Assembly: GCA_951406725.2 (NCBI GenBank)
Contig: OX597820.1
Location: 94,426,001 to 94,490,000, forward strand
Reading direction: 5' to 3'
From: Octopus vulgaris
Taxonomy: Eukaryota
DNA: 64,000 nucleotides
Shown piece by piece: positions 26,960 through 40,347 of the stretch. The notes beneath the pieces are model-generated. The model was not told where the DNA came from. It was given only the letters and a program-made list of their open reading frames with translations, and ran no database searches. The position numbers were made by a program, and so were the translations under genes. Numbering within the stretch: the first letter of the stretch is position 1; the number at the start of each line of letters is the position of its first letter.

Positions 26960-27044
26960 CCTATGAATGTACCAACGTTTTGTTAGAAAGTAAAAGAGAA
27001 AAATCTTACTTTGCATCTCCAGATTTCTCAGCATCTTTGAAAAG
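26960..27044 (+). CDS. Multi-CUB protein exon w8 (CUB-C part 1)
   Basis: cag/gtaag; YECTNVLLESKREKSYFASPDFSASLK. Confidence 0.85.
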
Positions 27045-27414
27045 GTAAGAATGTTATACACACTCTTGTTGATTATTTTTCCCTCTTCATTTTTTTTTTG
27101 TTCATTTGCTTTGTTATTCTATTCACGTGCACAAACAGTTTATGCCCTTCGTGAGGACATTTTCACCGAAGATAGATTTATTCTGTAGTAGTAGCAGTAG
27201 TAGTAGTAGTAGTGGTGGTGGTGGTGGTGGTGGTGGTGGTGGTAGTAGTAGAAGTTACTATTGTTGTTGTAATGGTTTTAGGGAAGGAGTTTGTTTTCTT
27301 ATAAAACTGCAGAACCATAGGATCTGGATGGATACTTTCATTTATCAATCTCTGATCTGGAATTGATCAAAGGAAAATAAATATCAACATCAAGTTTGGA
27401 CACCACAGCCACAT

Positions 27415-27445
<31 letters not shown>

Positions 27446-27454
27446 ATGTTTTAT

Positions 27455-28097
27455 GTTCCAGCTAAGAGCTGCGGCCATGCTGATGCACCGCCGTTTTGCG
27501 CTACACTGTTATTACTAGGAGCCTCCTTTAATATGTGGAGTTTGATATAGCTACTCTCATTTGCACATCTTGCCGTGAGGTAGGGTCATCTGGGACTCTC
27601 GACAGGAAGAGGTCCAGCTTTGATTTAAAAACCCCTACATCTACTTTGTGCAAGTTCCTCAGACTCTTTGGGAGAATATTAAAAAGCTGTGGGCCCTTGA
27701 AACACAGGCTGTTGCATTAACTGGTCCTGAAGCGTGATGGCATTGCTGGGATCTTTGGCACCATGCAGTGTCGTCCCGTTCTGGCATTGGTGTAGCTTTC
27801 AATGCCAAAATTTGGCACAATTCCTTCCAGTATCTTCCAGATATATATTTCTGCATACCTCTCCCGTCTTCTCTCCAGGGAGTAGAGTCTTAGCTGTTTC
27901 AAACTTTCCCAGTAGCTGAGCTGTTGCAAAGAGACGATCTTCTTTGTGAATCTTCTCTGGATTGCTTCAACGTCCGCTGTTAATCTCACACTGGTAGGTG
28001 ACCATAGCTGTGAGCAGTAATCCAGGTGGCTGAGGACGAATGTCCGCCAGAGGACCATCATGGTTTCCTTATCTCTGGTTCTGAATGTTCTTAGGAT
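27455..28097 (-). mobile_element. CR1-group LINE 3' fragment
   Basis: LRTF...VLSHLDYCSQLWSP...EAIQRRFTK...YSLERRRERY; same 3' tail also at about 53911-53945. Confidence 0.88.
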
Positions 28098-28165
28098 CAA
28101 ATTTGAGCACAATCGGATGGAGGATGCCCGAGATCCGAGAAGACACACACACACGCACGCACACG

Positions 28166-28231
<66 letters not shown>

Positions 28232-28705
28232 CACACAACGGATTTTATATAAGAGATATAACATAGGATTAGAGAAGAAACATTAGATTCGGATCAACGA
28301 CTTTATATAACACCACGCTTCCATACATTTCATCATATATAAACATTATCATGTCCTTCCTTCGACATATAAAAGGAATACATATATAAAAGCACAGAAG
28401 GTGAAAAATATATATGCACATAAAAATACAAAATATACAGAAAGGCTTGTAAAGAAAAGGTATATACAAATCGTCTAAACTAAGTCATCAAAATGTATTA
28501 TTAAAACGTGTCAAGCGACTAAAATAACTAAAAAATACCAATCGACTAAAAAAAAGTTTTTACCCCTCAATTAAAAATATATCAATAGAGTTCATTTCTA
28601 AAGAACCTTGGACTTCAACCTACCATGGTTTTTCAGAAAGGAACTCTTTTGACATATGTGTGTGCGTGTGTGTTTGAAGAAAGGGTTTCTTAAAAATTTT
28701 GACTA

Positions 28706-29601
28706 TCTTTATATATATATAAAACTGAGATTGTGTGTGTGTGTGTGTGTGTCTGTCTATTTGTCTGTCTGTGTGTTTACCTAAAACTTGATAACTACAC
28801 AACCGATTTCATTCAAATTTTACACATGCCTTACTTAGGGTCCGGGGAGTGTCATCGGCAAAAAAAATGTTCAACTTTTTGCCTAGGGCGAGCCCACGCA
28901 ATATCATATCTTCTCCACTACGATTCCCTAAAACTTGAGAACTACACAACCAATTTCATTCAAATTTTACACATGCCTTACTTAGGGTCCATGTAGATTC
29001 ATGGGCAAAAAAATGTTCAACTTCTTGCCTAGAGCGAGCCCATAGCAATATCATATCTTCTCCACTATTTCAGTATTACGCGTTAAAAGTGAAACAAAAA
29101 TATTTCTCTATTTTATGTCAGATGCTTTCACTTTAACAATAAAAATAATAATAACAATTGAATTATATGTAGTAAGTAATAATTAAAATCAAACTAAAGT
29201 ATAATATTATCGTAACATAACAAAAACTAAAAATAGAAATTGGTATAAAATTGTATCAATGCTTTGAACTTGAGTAAGTGGTTTCACATGAATAGGAATA
29301 AATTAAAAATAAATTAGCGTGCAGAAATGGAATAGTCCAGATGGATAATAAAAAATTAAATTAAAGAAAAGACTATTGCCTATAAAGTATACAATGTAGA
29401 GAAAAAAGAAGAGCTAACAATTCCAGTCTGTTATATATTTTGAGTATTGTTATCACTAGCGATATCAAGATATAACTTTGTATTTTGCATTTTATGTGTA
29501 GATGTATATATATACATGTACATGTAATATGTACACATATATATACACATATATACATGCACTAGCACTATGACCCGGCAACGACGGGTCTTTAATGCTA
29601 G
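28706..29601 (+). mobile_element. Non-autonomous Helitron
   Basis: A|TC 5' end; 3' hairpin GACCCG-GCAACGA-CGGGTC then CTAG|T; internal duplication of about 147 bp (28780 and 28927). Confidence 0.8.
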
Positions 29602-29686
29602 TATAAAAATAAATCACAGGGAAACAGAATGACACGTATTTCTTGAAATGAAGTCAAACTTCCTTCCAAAGATTCGTGTCGTTCTC

Positions 29687-29730
<44 letters not shown>

Positions 29731-30958
29731 AGCGTGCTTGTGTGCGTGCGCGCGTGCGTTGAATCCTTGGTAGAAGAGATATATAGAGAGAAAAGCTTCA
29801 CATCTGTGGATTGATTATTTTAGTTTGCGAGTAAATCACAATGTGTTAGAAATTAAAAACATTCCAACCTTTTGAACAAGGTCCAGAATATGCTGTTTTG
29901 CAGCAGCATCTTACAAGACTGTTAACATAAAGTGTATGTAAGGCTAGAGGAGGAGCTTAGTTTTCATAACATACAAAAGTACATTCGTAATTGTTGTTGT
30001 TGTTGTTGTTGTTGTTGCTGTTGCTGTTGTTGTTGTTGTTGTTGTAGTTGTTGTTGTTAAGCCGTAGGCAAGCTATTATCACAGGTATTTCAACTGTAGC
30101 TACACAATACTTTGTAGCTGGTCTAGGTATTTTATGTAGCTTTTTCCTATTTAAACAGTGAGTTTAAGGAGATTCGGTTGCTATTTTGTTGTAAATTAAG
30201 CGATCGATTAGGCATTTGTACATAGATGCTCTTGATCAGCAGCAACAATAAGAACACCAGTAACACGGTGTAACATTTTTGTGTTGTTTTTTGGTCAGTA
30301 AGTGTTATTTCCTTTTTTTTTTTTATCTAGAAATCAAAGGAGATGACTATTATTCCCTTCAATCTTTGCTTTTCTGACCTGGACATCAATATTTTGATAG
30401 TGACTTATTTTACATTACATTTCAGACAGATTCCGCACAGATTTGCTGAAGCAGAAGTATCGTTTTAGCAAGTATTCTGCTCAATATCACAGATTTGCTT
30501 GCCAGTTGCTTGACCATAATCACTTGAGCGTGTTCCTTAGTGACTGACAATATGTGTATCTCTGATCATGAGCAGGAGTACTTGAGGAGCAGCATAAGCA
30601 TGTGTTGAGAGAGATTCATTGAGGTTTGAATAGATATAACAAAAGCAAAGTTTGAAGGAAATATTAGTCATTTTTCATACTTTCTAGGGTTAAGCAAATA
30701 TGAAATAACAGTTGATACACACGGACAAAAATCATGTTACACAATGTAATCATGTTCCACTTACAAGGCTTTCATTGATCTGAAATTATTACAGGAGACA
30801 CTTGCCCAAGGTGTTTATACATTGGAGATTGAAACAATGCCCTAGGTCATAAATTCCAATTTTGCTCACATTAACATACAAACAATAACGTACATATATT
30901 CATTTTTCTACTAACTGATTGTGTCTTTGTTGTACATTTCCTCTTCTTTTTTTTGTAG

Positions 30959-31083
30959 TACTAACTCATGTTCGTGGATAGTATATACCCAAGTACCCGG
31001 AGATAAGGTGCGACTTGAACTCGTATTCACTGACATTATGAGTGATGACAACTGCAAAGATACCTACGTGGATGTGTATGATG
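30959..31083 (+). CDS. Multi-CUB protein exon w9 (CUB-C part 2)
   Basis: tag/gtatg; TNSCSWIVYTQVPGDKVRLELVFTDIMSDDNCKDTYVDVYD. Confidence 0.92.
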
Positions 31084-31204
31084 GTATGTCAACTATTTTG
31101 AAACAACTGGAAAAAAATTTCGATGGATATGACTAATAAACAGGTTACTAGTCATATATATGTATGTATGTATATATATATGTATATATGTATATGTATA
31201 TATG

Positions 31205-31235
<31 letters not shown>

Positions 31236-31336
31236 GTATATATGTATATATATATATGTATATATATATATGTATATATGTATATATATATATGTATATA
31301 TGTATATGTATATATGTATATATATATGTATATATG

Positions 31337-31409
<73 letters not shown>

Positions 31410-31443
31410 CAGCAGTAGTAGCGCCAAGCAGTAATGAAGATGT

Positions 31444-31893
31444 AAACGTACTTTAAGCTAATTAAAATATGTTTGAGACATGTTTTAACTTCTAAAGGTA
31501 AATTTACTGCAGTTACCGTGAAAATGAAAAAAAAATATTTCTTATGATAAGTCTACTCAAAGCTTCCCTCTAGCGGGTTCCTTGACGCACGTTTCTGGCT
31601 CTTTAGACTTCCTCAATGGGAAATAATACCGCAGAGATAACCCTGTTTTTAGATGAAGCTACAGTTTTGAATCTGCCCAGGGTTAACTCCCTTCGGTATT
31701 TTCCATTGAGGAAATCTAAAGAACTAGAAACGCGCCTCTGAGAATCCGCTAGATGGAAGCACTGGGCAGATACGATTTTTTACGCCTCTTATCATAAGAA
31801 ATAATTTTTTTTATTTTCATGGTAATTGCAGTAAATTTGCTTTTAGAAGTCAAACATGTCACAAATATATTTTAACTCACCTAAAGTTCGTTT
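31444..31893. repeat. Degenerate palindrome, arms about 200 bp
   Basis: 31444-31645 is an inverted copy of 31678-31893. Confidence 0.85.
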
Positions 31894-31929
31894 ATTTTTC
31901 ATCTCTACTTGATTTGTGCCTACCTCTTA

Positions 31930-34020
31930 TATGACCAGTATTACATCTTGTAATCGATTATTATCACATCCTTGGTTACAAGTGAAGAGGAAATGAACTC
32001 CACAAGTGGGTAGTGAAAAACATTTTTGAACTGTTCGTTTAGTATTTAGCTTATCTTCATAGGTTTTCCTGTGAGGGAGCCGTCCTTTTGGAAGAGGTGC
32101 ACTATCTGAGATCGTTTTCTTGGCAAAGTTAAAGAACATTTTAGGGTATCACTTCATACTTTTATAACACAGGTCTCATTCTCTGTTCTCTCTTTTTCAT
32201 AGGTTTGATGCAGGTCTTTCTCAATCTCCACCAGTGTTGATTTCAGGCAGGACTTTTCATTACTTTTGAGAAGTTTGTTCAGGTGGTTTGTAATCTTTGT
32301 TCATCATCTCATAAGATTTTCCCTCTCCCAAGAGATCTCGTTCTTGCGTGTGTTGGCTTTGTTCTCTGAGACAGATTTGACTTCCATTACGGATATAAAA
32401 TATTCGAGTTTCATGTCAATGTTTGGTGTAGAGAGACATTTAAGCCAATCCCGTTTGAAGATCTTTTTCTCACTCGATTTCCATTTTGCTTTATGAAATC
32501 TCAGACTGAAGAGATTTCTGGTGCTTCGTATAGGCTCTATTTCTGCGGGATATTTTGGTTCATACATAGGCAGGTCTATTATATTATGATGTGAGACTAG
32601 TGTCGGTGCCACTTGGACATTAAGGATGATACGCATATTGTTTGTTTAAGCAGAAAACCAGTATATTATTTGCCCGGATTTGTTACAATACAATTTGCTC
32701 CATGAATGAAGCATTAGTAAAGTTAATCAGCGACTCCACCCGTACTTGTTGGTAGTGTGTCATTCCTGCGGGCATGAGGTCCTCAGGCCAGCCTACATTG
32801 AGGAAGTTGAAGTCACTCAAAAGGAATACACTCATGTGTAGCTCCAATTTGGTGATAACATCTATCTTTGCGAGGCAATCTTCAAACTCGCCTGTATGAT
32901 TTGGATTATCTGGAGGGTGATATATAGTACACATAATGTTAATTCGTCTCATGTGTTCAATATTGCTGTTACGTACTGAATTTGAATATGACAACAGGAT
33001 CTGGAATGTGAGTTACTCACAGATGTATACTGCAGCTCCATCGTGTCTCCTTTCACTTCTGCCTGTTCGTATTACAACATATTTTGGTATGTTTACTTCT
33101 GCATCCCTTATATCAGGCCTAAGATACGTGTCCACAAGTGCTATGCATAGAGCTTGATTGCATGCAGCAAAGTCTTTCAGGAAGAGATTTTTGTTTTGTA
33201 CTTGTAGTGCAACAGACTTCTGATGCTTAATAGAAATATTGGAGCAACGCATGTATTGGTAACAGTGATGGCTATCTTCTACCTTGTTATATGTGGTGGC
33301 CTCGTGAGGGGTGATTGTGGTTCCCAGTATGTGCTTGACGTAGCCAGAAAAGATTTTTGTTCAGCAGCTGCTCTTTTCAGATCTGAAGAAGGCTGAGCTT
33401 TTGGAGTAGCATGCATTACGTCTGCTTATTGTATTTTAGGAGCAGACATTGTGCGTTTTTTTTTCTTTGTTCTCCTCCTGGAAATGAGTTCTGTTGTAGG
33501 TCCATGCAGTTTAGGCAGGACTACAGATATGCAAAACAGAAGTCTATACCATCGTCATCAAGCCAGCAGTTTCCTTGCAGGTAAAATCTGCATATGTTTC
33601 TACTTTTGCTTTTGTACCCCCTATTTCTATTGCCTTCATAGTTGGAGATCTGTTTTGCTCCAAATTTTTTCTTCTTCCGTTCTTTTTCTTTTCTTCTTGC
33701 TCTTCATTGTTTCTGGGAGTTTTTGTTTTATCATTGTTTAGTGTTTTCTTCGTTAGCAGGCCTCTGAGTCGTGACTTCGGTTTTATTCTTTAATGGATCC
33801 GCTGGGTCCGAGAGACTTTTCTTTTCCTTTCCACACTCTCTAAATGGCACCTAGGATGTTGATGTGTGATATAATCAGGTCATAGGAACGGGGTAATTCA
33901 AGTTTCTTCCGATGTGTGCATGCTGTAGTTCTGGTGAAACCAATACGCTTTAATGCTGCCGCGAAATAATTGCATGCTCGCAGAAGTAATTGCAGTACTT
34001 TGATTTTCCAATTTTGCCAC
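31930..34020 (-). mobile_element. CR1-group LINE 5' part (APE endonuclease), decayed
   Basis: IALVDTYL...YVVIRTGR...GAAVYI, IYHPPD, LSDFNF, MEQIV. Confidence 0.8.
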
Positions 34021-35554
34021 ATCTTTCCTGTATATACCTTGAGAGGGAGAGAGAGAGAGAGAGAGAGAGATCTTTGCTGTATATACCTAGAGAAAGAGAG
34101 AGAGAGTCATACACAAACATACACATATAGGGAGAGAGAGAGAAAGGCAGAGAGATATAGGGCAATATAATGCAAATATATAGAGATAGAGACACAGCTC
34201 AGTGCCAGCGATAAATATCAATCTAACACCAGATACGTGAGAATAATAATAAAATTATCAGGAAAAGAGAGAATGATAATAATTAAAAACTTTTGTTTGT
34301 CTTACCTTGAAACTGGCCAGGTTAAAACAAAATAAAGTGAAATTCTCCATTCTTGCACAACTCACATAGTTTCGGTGATCTTTACGTACGGGATTCGTAA
34401 TCGAAACGTAAACAAGCCTTAATTTCCAGAAATTCTTGTATTTGGTAATTGAACAATCTACGAAATTACATTGGCTCACACAAGATGAAATCTTACAACC
34501 ACTGTTACTCAGAGAAGTGTACAATCAACGCAGTCAATGTTGTTTTTCAAGTCATGTTTACTCAACCATATGATGAGAAGATCTTGATTTTTTTCACGTT
34601 GGAAAATTCCTTAGAACTACGTAGACATTGATCAAGTTAAAATATTCTTTGAATATATGTGGGTAGTGATGTATAATAATATTTAAACTGGAGACCACCC
34701 AGCTTTCAGTCTAATTCGATGTAGTTGGAGCTTTTCAATGTTTTCCAGGAGTTTCGCACGTTTAAACACGCTGGCACAATCTTACACGCGTGTGCGCGCA
34801 TACACACGCGAGCACACACACACACACACATACTTGTATGTATGTATGTATGTATGTATGTATGTATGTATGTATGTATGTATGTATGTATGTATGTATG
34901 TACGTACAAAGAATTTCTCCCTTGCATCATTTCTGACTCATGTATGAATCACAGGACAGATCAAGAGGTTAGGTTTTTCTCATAAATTTCTTGGTGCAAC
35001 AGGCGAAGACGATCGTCCAAGAATTAGTGGGAAAATGTGGATTTGGTTTCGAATCCTAGCTTTGAAATTTGATAACTATTCGCTACACATTCTAAGAGGG
35101 CCGGGCTACATCCAGGTCATGATTCCTGGGTACCCTTCTGCGTACACTTTTTAACTACTTGGATATCCGAGGCTTTTGCATTTAAACAGCCTGGAGAATT
35201 CATCTAGTTTGTAACTCCTCTCCGTTGACTCAGCTTTCAAACATACAATTATATAAGAAATAACGTTGGTGAAACACCAACGCAATCACAATAACTCATT
35301 CAAGGTTATTTTCCTTAACGTTAAAACCAAAATATTGCCTTTAACCAATGGGTGACAGATACAATATGGCGTTAGACAAACTGCTTGTACGCATTACTTC
35401 TGAGTTCAAATCATGTATATTATCATTCAGACGTCGATAATTATGGTCAATTACGTATATACTGAGTTATGTGTATTTGGTCCCTTCCCACAAAATCTTC
35501 TAGACGTGTGCCTTTGATATAAATCTCAATTTATTATTCTTATTAAAACAATAG

Positions 35555-35704
35555 GACCAAACGATCACGGATTGTTACTGAAGAAATTCTGTGGTAGGGA
35601 AACTCCTTCCTTGAAATCTACTGGCAGCCATCTTTTCGTTCGACTCACTGGTCACATTAAACATGCAACTCGCTTCACTGCCGTTCATTATTCTGAACCG
35701 AAAG
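35555..35704 (+). CDS. Multi-CUB protein exon w10 (CUB-C part 3)
   Basis: tag/gtaag; PNDHGLLLKKFCGRETPSLKSTGSHLFVRLTGHIKHATRFTAVHYSEPK. Confidence 0.9.
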
Positions 35705-36060
35705 GTAAGTGGATTTTTATGGAATTCTAATTAATCAGTGGTGCAGAAATAAACAGAATTAAAATAGATTATTTTAAAACCCACTGCATCATGTTTTCTA
35801 GATACTTATTTACATTTCTATTTGTCTTTGTAAAGTCAGTAGCTTATATCTTATCATCCACTACCGTCATAAATCCATAGACAAGATTATTAACTTTTAT
35901 GACCCTTATATCTGTAAGTAAATGTCACAAGATTATATAATTCCCCACTGTAAAATACAGCTCTATAAGATACATTGACGAGTTGTTTGTCAACTTGTAG
36001 TTCACGGTGGCTGGTATCTTAGTGAGAATTAAATTTGGTCCTTATCTGCTTCATATAAAG

Positions 36061-36134
<74 letters not shown>

Positions 36135-37099
36135 GAGGGAAGGCGGCTGGACGTGACAGAGGCTGGACGTATTTTTTCGATGCTCTGAACTAGCAGTAGC
36201 TAACCCAGCAGGACAACTGAAAAACACAACTGTAAAAAAACTGGAAGATCTACTGTTTTCTGTGAGTAATTTGAATTTCCCTCGAAGTAAGTTAAGGAAC
36301 TTACATATCTACATCTTAGGACATACAAACGAACACCTAACAAAAAAAATTAGAAACATAAATATCTCCAATTTTGTGTGAACATTTTGTCGTCCCTTCT
36401 TCCATGACTATAAGAATGTGTAAAATTGCCTTTATTGTAACAACACAATTAAATGCACGATAAAAAATTATGGAAGTTAGCACCTGCTAATATATACATA
36501 CAGTTGAATTCAGAAATTTTATAAATCATCGACGTGAACATCAGATAATATGTGTGTGTGAGTATACATATACATATACATATGTATGTGGAAAGGAAGA
36601 AAAGAGAAAGGAAAAAAATAAATAAATGTAAACAGGTTTGACCTTTCCTGACCATTAATGTCCTTTGTCTCTTGGGCTATCTCTCCACCATCTGCTGAAT
36701 CTATTTATAGACCCATAGAGCATGACCTCTTCAACCAACTGCTCCCCCACACAATGGCAGTAGTGGTGGTGATGGTGATAATGACAGAAACAAAAATAAC
36801 AATAAGATACTGCTGTGACTACACATAAAACAATATCATTGATGATGATGATGATGATGATGGTAATGGTAATAATAATAATAATAACAATAACTGACAG
36901 ATCCTTTTTTTTTTCGTATTTTACTCTCATTTTTTTCGAACAAATACAAGCAGAGTGAGCCTTTTATAAGTTTAAAAGAGGAAGGGAAAAGAAGGAAGGG
37001 AAAAGAAGGAAGGAAAAAGGGGAAGAAGGAGAAAGAAAAAAGAGAGAGGAAAAAAGAAGAGAAGGAAAAGAAAAGGGAAAAAATGTTCGGAGATAAAAC

Positions 37100-40000
37100 T
37101 ATCAAAAAAATACAGACGAATACAGATCTGCTAGCCTTAAGAAGCTGCGCTACGAGCAATGCTTACGTGTAGAGAACCCTAAACTGACAAATCCATCTCC
37201 TAATGTAAGAGTGGAAGCTCGTCATGCTTCAATGTCAACAAAACAAACTACAAACCGCAATGGTCATCGCGCGGATTACAAAAGACCACGTACCCGAAAA
37301 TTGAACCAAATTCTGATTGAAAAATCAGCTAATGGATCAAATCTTCCCAACACACAGGAGCTGGACGTACCCCACAACCGGAATATTCCAACAGATGGCC
37401 ATCCATGCTCGTCACCAAATGATCAAAAGAAAAAGAAGGAAAAATGGTCTAGGGAAGATAATAAAGAAGTTCTTGCGGCCTTCTACCAGCCCATATATTC
37501 CCCCGCAGATAAATCTAACACTGAACAAACATACTTAAACTGGAGACAGAAACACTCTGAAGCAAGACCCTACATAGACAGTAACAAACATTATAAAAAA
37601 AAAATTACTGACTGAAGTAGAGATTGATCAAGTTAGACAAGCAGTAACGGATAAAATGAACGAAGCTGCAGCTAGAGAAGATAATACAGAGGAAATAATT
37701 ATAGACCAGCCCAGGGCTGATATAAACGAAGTAAGGATTGAAAGAGTTAATATAAGTGATAGGCAAAGTGAAATACTCCCTGAACCAATCATAAACACTA
37801 CGACAGATGAACATCAAATAGATAAAGAAAGTCACACAAATATTGACCCAACAGAACTACATGAGCTAAAAAATCAAATCATGATTGAATGGCTGAAAAT
37901 TAAAGAAACCATCATGGATGAACGCGATGCACTCCCTAAAACCGCAACTCTAACCAAAACATGAAAATAATTGGTAAAATCCGGCTTGCACTTAAGGATA
38001 TAATTTCAGCTAATGATGTTGATATCACAAATCTCAACCACCTATACTATGCATCCGCGAAAATCTCAACGATCCTATGTAGTGTGAAGATTAGAAAACG
38101 GCAACATTCCCACAAAAAGCCTTCTTTGCAAGAGCGTTTGCAACAACAAATTAAACTATTTAGATCTGACATTGAATATTTGAAAAACCTTAAGGTTCAC
38201 AAGACTACCAAACCTACAAAAACCCAAAAATTAATGAAAAAATATAATATGAAAACTATACTTGATATTGATGCCACCATAGAAACCATCAAACAAAAGG
38301 CATCTGCCAAAGCTGCCCGCATAGCGAGGTATGAAAAGCGTGTTAGATTTTTCAAGGACAACATGTTCAAAAATAACCCCAAAAATGTTTACAGGAAGAT
38401 AGGAAAAACAGCAGTTACTGTAAGGTTTGTACCATCAAAAGAAGAAGTGCAGGGATTTTGGAATAAAATTTGTGCAGAAGAAAAAGCACACAACGAAAAG
38501 GCCCCCTGGATTGACAGAATATCTACAGAACTGGACTCCTTAGAAGAGCAAAAGTGGGATGGTGTCAAGGTAGAAGATATAAGATCTGCTCTCAGGAGGT
38601 CAAGCAAATGGAAGTCTCCAGGAAAGGATAAAATTCCTAACTTCTGGCTGAATGCCTTCCCAGAGAGCCATGGACTGCTGACAGAACTGTACAATGATGT
38701 TTTGCACACACCCTAGTAGGATACCTCCTTGGCTAGTTAATGGGTTAACATTCCTGCTTCCAAAAAGTGAAGAAACAAATGAACCAAAAAACTATAGACC
38801 CATAACCTGCTTAACAACTATGTATAACACGCTAACGTCTGTCCTGACGGAATATACTTATAGTTTTTTAACAGACAGCAGCATATTCCCTAATGAACAG
38901 AAAGGCTGTAAACGTGGACCCTACGGTTGTAAAGACCAACTACTCATCAATAAGATGATCTTAGAAGATTGTCACAAACGACACAAAAACTTGTCAATCG
39001 CCTGGATAGACTATAAAAATGCTTTTGATAGCCTACCACATAGCTGGATTAAGAAATGCCTGGAAATGTATAAGATAGCACCTACTCTGCGAAACTTTTT
39101 GACTGTAAGTATGAGATCATGGAGAACCACACTAACTTTGAACAGTGACAATGAATCCCTAAATGCTGGTGATGTAAAAATTTCATGTGGCATTTTCCAG
39201 GGTAACTCACTGTCACCACTCCTCTTTTGTTTAGCCTTAATACCTCTCTCAAAACTGCTCAATGACGCGCAGTACGGGTATAAAATGTTTGATAAAAATA
39301 TAAATCATCTCATTTACATGGATGATTTAAAGCTTTTTGCAGAAAATGACCAACAACTCAAGGGCTTACTAGCGATAGTCAAACAATTCAGTGACGACAT
39401 CAGAATGCAATTTGGCCTCGATAAATGTGCAAAAGCTACCTTTATCAAAGGAAAAATGACAGAAACATCTAACGTTAGCATTGACCAGCAGAATGTCATA
39501 AAAGAACTAGACCCAGCGGAGAGCTACAAGTACCTAGGGGTAATTGAAGGGGATGGAATAAGGCATTCAGAGATGAAGGAAAAGATCAGGAGGGAATGTT
39601 ATCGAAGAGTGAGAGCAATACTCAAGACAGAGCTGAATGCAAGAAACAGGATCGAAGCGATCAATGCATTAGCCATACCAGTCGTGGCTTACAGTTTCAA
39701 TATCGTTAATTGGTCAATTACTGAAACATGTCAGCTTGACAGAAAAATACGAAAACTGTTGACAATGCATAGAATGCACCACCCTAAGGCAGTTACAGAA
39801 CGACTTTATCTGCCAAGAAAAGTGGGAGGCCGTGGTCTTTTACAACTGGCAATAACAATGAAGATTGCTACAATTGGCCTAGACACCTACCTGAAAAAGT
39901 CTGAGGACTGGATGTTAAAACTTGTCTCAAAACATGAAAACAAGAAAGCATTATACTCAGTAACAAAACAGGCAAAGGAATATCTAAGTGAATTCCGAAT

Positions 40001-40347
40001 ACAACAAATTTCGGAATTAGAGATAGTCATACAAGAAACAAGCACACAAAAAGCTAAGCGCATGAAAACCCGTGCCAAAACTGTGGCCTTAGATATTCTG
40101 AATAATGAATGGCAAGAAAAACCTCTCTATGGCAAATACCCAAAGAGAGCGAATAATGCAGATATTGACAAAGCCCTGGCCTATCAATGGCTAATGGCCT
40201 CTTGCTTAAAATCTGAAACAGAAGGGTTTATCATAGCAGCTCAAGATCAATGCCTACCAACAAGAAACTACCAGGCCAACATATTAAAGAATGGCAGTAG
40301 CCCAACATGTCGTGTATGTCGGCAACAAAATGAAACCATTGATCATG
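37100..40347 (+). mobile_element. Dong/R4-clade non-LTR retrotransposon, frameshifted, 3' truncated
   Basis: KWSREDNKE N-terminus; WKSPGKD, YRPITCL, IDYKNAFDS, GIFQG, YMDDLKL, YKYLG; ends in CRVC...ETIDH; 5' boundary approximate. Confidence 0.93.
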
